Source of the DNA: Candidatus Sulfomarinibacter sp.
GTDB taxonomy: Bacteria; Acidobacteriota; Thermoanaerobaculia; Thermoanaerobaculales; Sulfomarinibacteraceae
Length of the DNA: 64,000 nt
NCBI GenBank assembly: GCA_041560205.1
Contig: JBFFBV010000014.1
Coordinates: 3,811 to 67,810 of the forward strand
Direction of reading: 5' to 3'
The notes under the pieces: model-generated
Seen by the model: only the letters and a program-made list of their open reading frames with translations
What the model was told of the DNA's origin: nothing
Databases searched by the model: none
Shown: piece by piece, positions 9,257 to 17,387 of the stretch
How positions within the stretch are numbered: the first letter of the stretch is position 1
How the letters are laid out: every line of letters starts with the position of its first letter
Program-made: the position numbers and the translations under genes

Positions 9257-11679
9257 ACATTCTGGTGACCAGCGAGATCGGTGGGCGCCGCCACGTCTAC
9301 GCCGAGGACGACCTGCCCTTGAGCGTGGGAGGGGCCTCCTGCCACGTCGCGCTGCCCGGCCTCGCCGACGAGAGCACGGTCGCTTACCTTGGCCACGAGG
9401 ACGGCGAGCCCTTCATCCAACCGGCGGAGAAGATCCCGGCGGCGACGCCACTGAGCTGCAACGGCGTGCCACTCACCGCGTCACGGTGGTTGGGTGACGG
9501 CGACGAGATCGGCGTCGGCTACAGCCGAATTCGCTTCGAGATTTCCGGCGACACCGTCCGCATCACCGCCGTCGGCAGCGCGGCGGAAGAGCCGCCGCAT
9601 GCCTCGACGGAGGAACCCGACTCGTCAAAGGCAGCGTCGAAAGAGCGGGTCATCGATGCGGCAGACTTCCGGCCGAGGTGGCAAACACCGCCAAAGGGCT
9701 CGAGGCTGATGGTGCGCCCACGCTCGGTGCTCGTGTTTGCGGTCATCGCGCTGCTTGCATTCGGCGCGTGGTTCGTACTCACGGCACATGCCGTCCGCGT
9801 CGAGACCGAGCCCCCGGCCGACTCGATCGAGATCCGGGGCGCTTGGCTCAGGCCGAAGATCGGTGGCAGCTATCTCCTGCGTCCCGGATCCTACACGCTC
9901 CGTGCGGAGCTCGAGGGCTATCGCGGCCTCACCGCGCAACTCGAGGTCGACTCCGACACCCCATCGGTGGTGGGTTATGTCCTCGAGCCGCTGGGCGGGT
10001 TGCTGTCGGTATTTTCGGAACCGGTCGACGGTGCCGACATCAGCATCGACGGCACCGCGTCCGGCACCACCCCGGCGAGGGATATCGAGCTCGGCGCGGG
10101 TGACCACGAGGTCGAGATCACGGCGCCGCTTCATCTGCCCTACCGGACCACCCTCCGCTTCGAGCCGGGCGATCCGCCACGCGAGCTCACGGCCGAGCTG
10201 GTGCCCAATTGGGCGCCGATCACCGTGGCCAGCTCTCCGACAGGCGCCTCCGTCTCGATGGACGGAATCGGCATGGGATCGACACCACTGGAGGGGCGGG
10301 TCGAGGCCGGTGAGCGGGTTCTCGAGATCCGGCGGCCGGGTTTCAAGCCATCGGTTCGGCGTTTCGCCGTGACCGCTGGCGAGGCGATCGACCTCGGGAC
10401 CGTTCAGCTCGTGCCCGAGGACGGGCAGCTGGCAGTGGTCTCCGATCCTCCTGGGGCCACCGTGACCCTCAACGGCACCTTTCGGGGCACGACCCCAATC
10501 GAGCTCGAACTGGCACCGGGGCCGAATTACGAGATCACGGTCTCCAAAGCTGGCCACGCCACCTTCACCACCGAGGTCGGAATCTCATCGACACAGCGGA
10601 CGGAAGTGCGGGCCGAGCTCGATATGCTGACGGGCGCCGTCACGATCAGCTCACGGCCGCCTCGCGCCGAAATCCTCATCGATGGCATGGTGGTCGGCAC
10701 CACCGACCAGACCCTCGAGCTGGATGCCCGCCCTCACCAGGTGGAGGTCCGGCGGGAGGGTTACCTTCCCTTCCGTACCGTCCTCACACCCGAGCCCGGC
10801 CTGACTCAGGCGGTTCACGCGGAGCTCAAGGAAGCGGGCCCGGCAGGACTCGCCGCGGCCATCCAGACCCCCCAGGGAGGACAGTTGGTACTCGTGGGCC
10901 CGGGGCGCTTCACGATGGGCGCAGCTCGCCGCGAGCCGGGTCGACGCGCCAACGAGGTTCTGCGCGAGGTTGAAATCACCCGCCCCTTCTATCTCGGCAC
11001 GCGGGAGGTCACCAACAAGGAGTTCCGCGAGTTCCGCGCCGCGCACCGCTCGGGTTCAGCCGGCAGCTTCAACTTGGAGATCGACCATCACCCGGTTGTC
11101 AACATCACCTGGGACGATGCCGCGAGGTACTGCAATTGGCTTTCGGAACGCGCAGGCCTGCCGCCCGTCTACGTCGAGAGGGGCGGCACCATGCTCGCCC
11201 GCACTCCGTTGCCTCAAGGGTTCCGGCTGCCGACCGAGGCCGAGTGGGCCTGGGCCGCCCGCTATCCCGATTCGGCAACGGCTCGCAAGTACGCCTGGGG
11301 AGATGCTCTTCCGGTGCCTTCCGAAGCCGGCAACTACGGAGATTCGACGGGGATGTCGGTGCTGGGCGAAGCCCTTCCCAGCTACCGTGACGGCTACGGA
11401 GCCACCGCCCCGGCCGGCAGCTTCCAGGCGAACCCACTCGGGCTCTACAACCTCGGCGGTAACGTCTCGGAATGGGTCAACGATTTCTACACCGTCACAC
11501 CGACGCCGCCGAAGGAGGTCGCAAAGGACCCCATGGGACCTTCGGAGGGGGCGTACCATGTCATCAGAGGTGCGAGCTGGATGGATACCAAGATGACCGA
11601 GCTCAGGCTCAGCTATCGCGACTACGGCTACGGGGCGCGGCCCGACGTCGGTTTTCGCATCGCGCGCAGCGCGCAGTAA
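9253..11679 (+). CDS. FHA - TM - 5x PEGA - FGE-sulfatase (SUMF1/GldK-like) domain protein
   Basis: ATGA overlap at 9253. N-terminal FHA pattern 'LPLSVGGASCHVALPG...NGVPL...LGDGDEIGVGYSRIRF', then TM 'VLVFAVIALLAFGAWFVL'. Five repeats follow of the type 'ISIDGTASGTTP...LGAGDHEVEI'. C-terminus: 'RFTMGA...RPFYLGTREVTNKEF...HPVVNITWDDAARYCNWLS...RLPTEAEWAWAAR...GNVSEWVND...IRGASW'. Confidence 0.8.
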   Translation: MNILVTSEIGGRRHVYAEDDLPLSVGGASCHVALPGLADESTVAYLGHEDGEPFIQPAEKIPAATPLSCNGVPLTASRWLGDGDEIGVGYSRIRFEISGDTVRITAVGSAAEEPPHASTEEPDSSKAASKERVIDAADFRPRWQTPPKGSRLMVRPRSVLVFAVIALLAFGAWFVLTAHAVRVETEPPADSIEIRGAWLRPKIGGSYLLRPGSYTLRAELEGYRGLTAQLEVDSDTPSVVGYVLEPLGGLLSVFSEPVDGADISIDGTASGTTPARDIELGAGDHEVEITAPLHLPYRTTLRFEPGDPPRELTAELVPNWAPITVASSPTGASVSMDGIGMGSTPLEGRVEAGERVLEIRRPGFKPSVRRFAVTAGEAIDLGTVQLVPEDGQLAVVSDPPGATVTLNGTFRGTTPIELELAPGPNYEITVSKAGHATFTTEVGISSTQRTEVRAELDMLTGAVTISSRPPRAEILIDGMVVGTTDQTLELDARPHQVEVRREGYLPFRTVLTPEPGLTQAVHAELKEAGPAGLAAAIQTPQGGQLVLVGPGRFTMGAARREPGRRANEVLREVEITRPFYLGTREVTNKEFREFRAAHRSGSAGSFNLEIDHHPVVNITWDDAARYCNWLSERAGLPPVYVERGGTMLARTPLPQGFRLPTEAEWAWAARYPDSATARKYAWGDALPVPSEAGNYGDSTGMSVLGEALPSYRDGYGATAPAGSFQANPLGLYNLGGNVSEWVNDFYTVTPTPPKEVAKDPMGPSEGAYHVIRGASWMDTKMTELRLSYRDYGYGARPDVGFRIARSAQ

Positions 11680-11692
11680 TTGGAGACGAGAC

Positions 11693-11905
11693 ATGAAACC
11701 GATCAACCGATTCCTCATCATGCTTGGACTGGTGCTCGTTGTGACGGCCCTGCTGGGCACGGATGGACCGACGCCGGATGCCGGGGCCTCACCGCAGGAG
11801 GCCTCCGAGGCCGAGCAATCGACGACCGAGGAGCCGCTGCCGGAATTTCAACCCAGTGAACGGCTGCCCGCGGACAGTGCGGTCGCGTTTCCGACCGACA
11901 TCTGA
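11693..11905 (+). CDS. small secreted/membrane-anchored acidic protein
   Basis: 70 aa, N-terminal hydrophobic helix 'FLIMLGLVLVVTALLG', acidic Pro-rich tail. Sits 13 nt after the previous stop and 7 nt before the next start. Confidence 0.4.
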   Translation: MKPINRFLIMLGLVLVVTALLGTDGPTPDAGASPQEASEAEQSTTEEPLPEFQPSERLPADSAVAFPTDI

Positions 11906-11912
11906 GGCAAGC

Positions 11913-12749
11913 ATGCGTCGCACCGATACTGTCGATTTCGTTTTCCAGCTGGCGTCACTCGTTGTCGCCCTGATCATCGTCCACGCGTTCTACGTGACCT
12001 TGGTGCGACCGCGAGCTGACGCATTCTCCGCCGAGCAGGCGGCCCTGATGGCGGCCGATCCCGAGTACGTCCAGGAGCGCTCGGTGTGGGTGATCGTACG
12101 CGACTTCGAGCAGGAGGCGTGCTTCGTGCTGATGCTGTGGGCGATGGCGATCATGGCCTCCAAAGGATTGACCACGGCGCGCGAAAGCCAGCTCCTCGAG
12201 GCCGACCTGGTGCCGGTGGCGGACGGCGTACGCATCCTTCCTGAAGACTCGCGCGAGTACGCGCGCCAGGTCGAGGCCCTTCCCGCCAGTCAGCGTCGGC
12301 TCCTCCTGCCGAGGGTGGTGCTGTCCGCCTTGAGACGATTCGGTGCCACCGGCAGCATCCAGGACGCCTCGGACACGGCCCACAGCACCGCCGAGACCGA
12401 GGCGGAGCGGCTCGACTCCGAGCTGGCCATGGTGCGCTACATCGCGTGGGCCATTCCCTCGATAGGATTCATCGGCACCGTACGCGGCATCGGTGCCGCT
12501 CTCGGCCAGGCCCACCGGGCGGTCGAAGGAGACATCACGGGCGTGACACGAAACCTCGGCGTCGCCTTCAATTCGACCTTTGTCGCCCTGTTGATCTCGA
12601 TCGTCCTGATGTTCCTCCTTCACCAGCTCCAGCTGCGGCAAGAACGTCTGGTTCTCGACACCGAGGCGTACGTGGACTCGCATCTCATCCGCCATCTCCA
12701 GGCAAGCGCCGCTCAACCGAATCAGACCCAGCGCGGCGCCACGAGCTGA
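11913..12749 (+). CDS. MotA/TolQ/ExbB-family proton-channel protein
   Basis: Start moved to ATG 11913. C-terminal signature 'IAWAIPSIGFIGTVRGIGAALG...GVAFNSTFVALLISIVLMFLLHQL' matches the MotA_ExbB TM3-TM4 pattern, with two further N-terminal TM helices. Confidence 0.8.
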   Translation: MRRTDTVDFVFQLASLVVALIIVHAFYVTLVRPRADAFSAEQAALMAADPEYVQERSVWVIVRDFEQEACFVLMLWAMAIMASKGLTTARESQLLEADLVPVADGVRILPEDSREYARQVEALPASQRRLLLPRVVLSALRRFGATGSIQDASDTAHSTAETEAERLDSELAMVRYIAWAIPSIGFIGTVRGIGAALGQAHRAVEGDITGVTRNLGVAFNSTFVALLISIVLMFLLHQLQLRQERLVLDTEAYVDSHLIRHLQASAAQPNQTQRGATS

Positions 12750-12754
12750 GCGCC

Positions 12755-14101
12755 GTGAAGCAATCGGCCATCGCCCTCGAGTTGGTAGACGCCGGGCTCC
12801 AGTTCGTGAGCTCGCGAGGGCAGATCTCCAGGCCGAGCCCGGGGCTCGCCCTGGTCGAAGGCGGGGAGCTGGCGGTGGGGCTCGACGCCGAGGCTGTCGC
12901 GCGTCTCAAACCACGGCGTCTCCACAGCCGGTTCTGGCAGGACCTCGGCACCGACTCGCTGGGTCGTCCGTTCCCCGCGTATCTGAGGACCGCGGATCTC
13001 GCGCATGCCCACCTCAAGGCGACGTGGGAAGCGGACGGCGGGGACGCCGAGGAGGTCATCGTCGCGGTGCCCGGTTGCTACACCGAGGACCAGCTCTCCC
13101 TGATCTTGGGTATCGCCAGGGAGCTGGCGATCCCAGTGAGCGGTCTGGTTGACGCTGCCGTTGCCTCGGCCGCAGACCGGGAGGTCGCACCTCATTGCCT
13201 CCACCTCGACCTTCAGCTCCACCGCGCGGTGCTGACGGTGCTCGAGCACGGTGAGGAGATCACCCGTACGACCGTCCGCGTAGAGCCGCGCGTCGGTCTG
13301 CTCGGTCTTCGCGATCTCTGGGCGCGTGTCATCGCCCAGACATTCGTGCGCGCCACCCGCTTCGATCCACTCCACCTCGCGGCAACGGAACAGGTGCTTT
13401 ACGCGCAACTGGCGGCCCACCTGGAGGCGCTCATCGAAGGTGATTCGACCCAGGTAAGAATCGCATCAGGTGGACGGCAGCACGTCATCGAGCTGGAACA
13501 AGGCCGCATCGTCGATGCCGCTGCACCCGCGTACGAAACTCTTTCGACGGTGGTGAACGACCACTTGGACCCGGATAGCACCACCTTGCTGCTCAGCCAT
13601 CGTGCGGCCGCGCTGCCCGGGCTCGTCCAGCACGTCGAAGAGCGCACCAGTGCCACCGTCATCGTCCTTCATCCCGCCGCCGCCGGGAGCGGCGCGCTCG
13701 CCCACGCCGACGGGATCCGGTCGCCGGGGCCATCGGTGGCCTTCGTGACGCACCTTCCCGGCCTCGACGCGAGGCCGCCGGGCCCGGTCACCGTGCCAGT
13801 CACACCGCCGCTCGAGGACGGCCGCCATCTGCCCACCCACCTCGTCCTCGAGGGGGTGGCCCACCGGATCGAATCCAACCTGCTGATCCTGCTCCCCGAA
13901 GGCATCGAACGGGCGGAACAGGGTGAAGGCGCGACGACCGTCCGCCGCCTCGCCGGGCAGGCCGTACTCGAGGCCCCGGCCGAGGCCGGGGTGACCCTCA
14001 ACGGCGAGCCCATCGAGGGAAGGACGGCGCTGGCGCCGGGGGACCGACTTCGCCTGGCCGCTTCCGATGGGGAAATCCTCGTCGTGACCATGTCGGAGTG
14101 A
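12755..14101 (+). CDS. degenerate Hsp70/actin-fold (ASKHA) protein with C-terminal FHA domain
   Basis: GTG 12755, 5 nt after the motA-like stop. Hsp70-like blocks are 'VIVAVPGCYTEDQLSLILGIARELAIPVSGLVDAAVASA', 'LHLDLQLHRAVLTVLE' (the GGG loop is replaced) and 'LLLSHRAAALPGLVQHVEE' (the GGS loop is replaced). C-terminal FHA-like: 'HLVLEGVAHRI...VTLNGEPIEGRTALAPGDRLRL'. Confidence 0.6.
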   Translation: MKQSAIALELVDAGLQFVSSRGQISRPSPGLALVEGGELAVGLDAEAVARLKPRRLHSRFWQDLGTDSLGRPFPAYLRTADLAHAHLKATWEADGGDAEEVIVAVPGCYTEDQLSLILGIARELAIPVSGLVDAAVASAADREVAPHCLHLDLQLHRAVLTVLEHGEEITRTTVRVEPRVGLLGLRDLWARVIAQTFVRATRFDPLHLAATEQVLYAQLAAHLEALIEGDSTQVRIASGGRQHVIELEQGRIVDAAAPAYETLSTVVNDHLDPDSTTLLLSHRAAALPGLVQHVEERTSATVIVLHPAAAGSGALAHADGIRSPGPSVAFVTHLPGLDARPPGPVTVPVTPPLEDGRHLPTHLVLEGVAHRIESNLLILLPEGIERAEQGEGATTVRRLAGQAVLEAPAEAGVTLNGEPIEGRTALAPGDRLRLAASDGEILVVTMSE

Positions 14102-14104
14102 CCC

Positions 14105-15196
14105 GTGCGCGCGCGAAGTGTCACGCCCGTCGGACTGTCGTTTTTGGACGCGATGACCTGTGGATTGGGGGCGGTGATCCTCCTCTTCATGATTATCAAC
14201 GCGGCGGTTCGGGACCACTCGGTCCAGGTCACCAGCGATCTCCAGGCCGAGGTCAATCGGCTCGAGCGCGAGGTCCTGGAGGGTCACCGCAATCTGGTGG
14301 AGCTCCGCAATTCGATCCGCGAAACCGACGAGGAGCGGGTCCTGACCCAGGGTCTGGCGCTACGGTTGATCGAGAGCCTCGAGCTGATCCGTGTCGAGCT
14401 CGCGACCTTCGAGGCCTCGACTCTCGCCCGCCGCGAGCACATCAATCAGCTGCAGTCCGACCTGCGTTCGCTCGAGGAGGACGCTCGCCGCCTGTCGGCG
14501 TCGCTGCCGTCCGACGAGACGCCCGGAGACCGGGTCCGCGTCCACATCGGCGACGGTGACCGCCAGTACCTCACCGGGCTCAAGGTCGGTGGCAACCGGA
14601 TCCTTTTTCTCGTCGATGCGTCGGCGAGCATGCTCGGAAGCACGATCGTCAACGTCATCCGGCGCCGCAATCTGCCCGACAAGGACAAGGTGCGCGCCGC
14701 CAAGTGGCGACAGGCGTTGGCCACCGTCGACTGGCTCTCGACCCAGATTCCGCGAGACAGCCGATTCCAGATCTACGCCTTCAACACCACCGCCAGGCCG
14801 GTGGTGCCCGACAGCGGCGGGCAGTGGCTGGACGGTTCCGATCGCGAGGTTCTCGACGATGCTGTCGGATACATGAAAGAGGTCGTACCCGCCGACGGTA
14901 CGAGCCTGTTCCATGCCTTCGCGGCGATCTCGGAGCTCAACCCGAGACCCGACAACATCATGCTCCTGACAGACGGTCTGCCGACCGTGGGGAAGAACCC
15001 GGCACGCACCACCACGATCTCGGCCCGCCAGCGCTCGAAGCTCTTCAACCGCGCCGTCGAACAGGTGCCGCCCGGCATTCCTGTCAACGTGATCCTCTTG
15101 CCGATGGAGGGTGACCCAATGGCGGCCAGCGCCTTTTGGAAGCTGGCCATCGGCTCCCGGGGTTCGTTCATGAGCATTGCGGAGGACTGGCCGTGA
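14105..15196 (+). CDS. ExbD/TolR-like TM helix - coiled coil - VWA domain protein (paralogue 1)
   Basis: N-terminus 'RARSVTPVGLSFLDAMTCGLGAVILLFMII', then a heptad-rich segment of about 100 aa. The VWA domain has MIDAS 'LFLVDASASM', 'ADGTSL' and 'MLLTDGLPT'. Confidence 0.75.
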   Translation: MRARSVTPVGLSFLDAMTCGLGAVILLFMIINAAVRDHSVQVTSDLQAEVNRLEREVLEGHRNLVELRNSIRETDEERVLTQGLALRLIESLELIRVELATFEASTLARREHINQLQSDLRSLEEDARRLSASLPSDETPGDRVRVHIGDGDRQYLTGLKVGGNRILFLVDASASMLGSTIVNVIRRRNLPDKDKVRAAKWRQALATVDWLSTQIPRDSRFQIYAFNTTARPVVPDSGGQWLDGSDREVLDDAVGYMKEVVPADGTSLFHAFAAISELNPRPDNIMLLTDGLPTVGKNPARTTTISARQRSKLFNRAVEQVPPGIPVNVILLPMEGDPMAASAFWKLAIGSRGSFMSIAEDWP

Positions 15197-16200
15197 GGCG
15201 CGCACGTCGGGATCTCCAGGTCTTCTCGCTGTCGTTCCTGGACGTCGTCTGCTGCGGCTTCGGCGCCATCATCCTCCTGCTCGTCCTGACCAAGTTGGGC
15301 GAGCCGCAGGCGATCGAGGAAGCCCGTCGAGACCTCGACCGCCTGCTCATCGAGCTCGAGGCCGAGCTCTATGAAATCCGGGGCGAAACCGCGATTCTCG
15401 ACCGCCGGCTGCAGTCGAAGGTGGAGCAGCTGTCGGAGGAGCAGAGCCACATCGCGCGCCTGCGCGGCGATCTTTCGGAGCTCAGGGGAGAGTTCGCTGC
15501 CAGCGAGGAGCTGTCCGAGGTCCAGGACATCCTCGAGGGTCGCATGCTGGCTGCTCAACAGCAGCTCACCGAAGAGATGCGGAGGCTGCTCGAACAGAGC
15601 CGGCGACGCCGGGAACCAGAAGCGATGGTCGGCGGCATTCCGGTCGACAGCGAGTACATCATCTTCGTCATCGACACCTCGGGGTCCATGTTCCACTACG
15701 CCTGGCCCGCGGTTGTCCAAAAAATGACGCAGGTTCTCGACACCTACCCGCGGGTCAAGGGCCTACAGGTCGTGAACGACATGGGCCAGTACATGTACTC
15801 CCAGTACGCGGGGAAGTGGATCCCGGACACGCCCGGGCGCCGCAAAGCGGTGATCGCCCGGCTGCGCTCCTGGAGCGTGTTTTCGAACTCGAGCCCGGTC
15901 GAAGGCATCAACCGCGCCATCCGCACCTTCGCCAGCCCGGACTACCGAATCTCCATCTACGTTTTCGGCGACGAGTTCACCGGCACCTCGATCGATGAGG
16001 TCGTGCGCGAGGTCGACCGCCTCAACACCCGGGGCAGTGACGGGGAGCGCCGGGTCAGAATCCATGCCGTCGGCTTCCCGACCGTGTTCTCGGTCGCCGG
16101 TGCCGGACAACACACCGGGGTCCGCTTCGCCACATTGATGCGGATCCTCTGCCGCCGCAACGACGGCACCTTCGTGGGCCTCAACTCGACGAGCCCCTAG
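15193..16200 (+). CDS. ExbD/TolR-like TM helix - coiled coil - VWA domain protein (paralogue 2)
   Basis: GTGA overlap at 15193-15196. N-terminus 'RRARRDLQVFSLSFLDVVCCGFGAIILLLVL', a coiled coil, and a VWA domain with 'IIFVIDTSGSM'. Confidence 0.75.
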   Translation: MRRARRDLQVFSLSFLDVVCCGFGAIILLLVLTKLGEPQAIEEARRDLDRLLIELEAELYEIRGETAILDRRLQSKVEQLSEEQSHIARLRGDLSELRGEFAASEELSEVQDILEGRMLAAQQQLTEEMRRLLEQSRRRREPEAMVGGIPVDSEYIIFVIDTSGSMFHYAWPAVVQKMTQVLDTYPRVKGLQVVNDMGQYMYSQYAGKWIPDTPGRRKAVIARLRSWSVFSNSSPVEGINRAIRTFASPDYRISIYVFGDEFTGTSIDEVVREVDRLNTRGSDGERRVRIHAVGFPTVFSVAGAGQHTGVRFATLMRILCRRNDGTFVGLNSTSP

Positions 16201-16244
16201 CTTCATCCCCTGTCCGTCGATCAGCTTGAATTTGAGCAAGAGAT

Positions 16245-16409
16245 CCACGATGCAAGATACACGTCCATCCACCCCCACTCACGGACGCGCTTGATTCTTT
16301 TTGAAACCCGAATCCTGCATCCGGGTGTGCGGGCGGGTGGGTGCATCTTGTATCCGGGTGGGTGGACGGGCGGGTGCATCTTGGATCTGGGTCGTCGGGC
16401 GGGTCGGGG
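16245..16409. repeat. composite inverted/tandem repeat element (core GATGCAAGATACA / TGCATCTTGTATCC), copy 1
   Basis: One reverse-orientation unit (16245-16285), an AT-richer spacer, then three imperfect direct units of about 32 nt (16314-16409). TGCATCTTGTATCC lies at 16342-16355. Confidence 0.7.
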
Positions 16410-16415
16410 GGTACA

Positions 16416-17159
16416 ATGGGAGGAGTGAACGAATCTCAATCCAACCCCGACCCGATCCGGCTGTTGGTTGTCGAGGATGACGCGCCACTCGCCGATGGCC
16501 TCTGTCGCAACCTCGAGCTCGAGGGATTCGCGGTCCACCACCTGGGCACCGGCGAGGCGGCCCTGGTCGAGCTCGCCGAGCCGACGGCACAGTTCGAGCT
16601 GCTGATTCTCGACATCATGCTCCCCGGCATCGACGGCTTCGAAGTGTGCCGCCGCCTCCGCGGCGACGACAACCTCATTCCGATCCTCTTCCTCACCGCC
16701 CGCGGCAGCGATGCGGACCGCATCCTCGGCCTCCAGCTCGGAGCGGACGACTACTTGACGAAGCCTTTCCTGGTCGAGGAGCTCGTCCTGCGGGTGCGCG
16801 GAATCCTGCGACGGGCCGAATGGTCCCGCACCCCCGCCCGAACCGGACCGGTGGTGCAGGTCGGCACGAGCGAGGTGGATCTGAACACGATGCGGGCCAG
16901 CACGCCAGCGGGCGCCGTCGCGCTCACCGAGCGCGAGGTGATGCTTGTCCGTTTCTTTTCAGAGAACGACGGCCGCGTCCTGACGCGTGGTGAGCTGCTC
17001 GAGCGGGTGTGGGGATACACCTTCGACACCTCGACCCGGACGCTCGACACCTTCGTCCATCGCCTCCGCAAGCACTTCGAGGAGGACCCGCGACACCCGC
17101 TTCACTTCCACACCGTCCGCGGAGTGGGCTACCGGTTCACCTCCGAACCCGAGGAATGA
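16416..17159 (+). CDS. OmpR/PhoB-family response regulator (orphan)
   Basis: 'IRLLVVEDDAPLADGL...LLILDIMLPGIDGFEVCRRLR...PILFLTARG...LGADDYLTKPF', then a wHTH 'LTEREVMLVRFF...LTRGELLERVWGY...RTLDTFVHRLRKHF...TVRGVGYRF'. Confidence 0.9.
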   Translation: MGGVNESQSNPDPIRLLVVEDDAPLADGLCRNLELEGFAVHHLGTGEAALVELAEPTAQFELLILDIMLPGIDGFEVCRRLRGDDNLIPILFLTARGSDADRILGLQLGADDYLTKPFLVEELVLRVRGILRRAEWSRTPARTGPVVQVGTSEVDLNTMRASTPAGAVALTEREVMLVRFFSENDGRVLTRGELLERVWGYTFDTSTRTLDTFVHRLRKHFEEDPRHPLHFHTVRGVGYRFTSEPEE

Positions 17160-17215
17160 TGTTCTTCTGCGGTTTTCGAATTCCACTTCTGACGCGCGAC
17201 CGAGCAGAAAAAGAA

Positions 17216-17365
17216 CCACGATACAAGATGCAAAATACACGGCCGCCCTCACGCACAATTCCGACGGTGGCACGTCCGAGGGGACGGTCGCTCGGATCCT
17301 GCATCTTGTATCCGGGTGAATGGTTGGGCGGGTGCATCTTGTATCCCGGAACCGACGGACGCGTG
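17216..17365. repeat. composite inverted repeat element, copy 2
   Basis: GATACAAGATGCA at 17220-17232 (reverse orientation), a spacer, then TGCATCTTGTATCC at 17300-17313 and 17333-17346. Confidence 0.7.
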
Positions 17366-17387
17366 GTATCTCTTCGCGCGTTCCTGG

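Noticed and set aside
16314-16409. Three tandem repeats of about 32 nt, considered as a mini CRISPR array.
   Set aside because: The units are contiguous and imperfect with no unique spacers, and no cas genes are present. They belong to the dispersed inverted-repeat family.
16245-17365. Response-regulator gene flanked by inverted repeats, considered as a mobile element or composite transposon.
   Set aside because: There is no transposase or integrase and no visible target-site duplication. The flanking blocks are imperfect, and a third copy at 42650 has no cargo.
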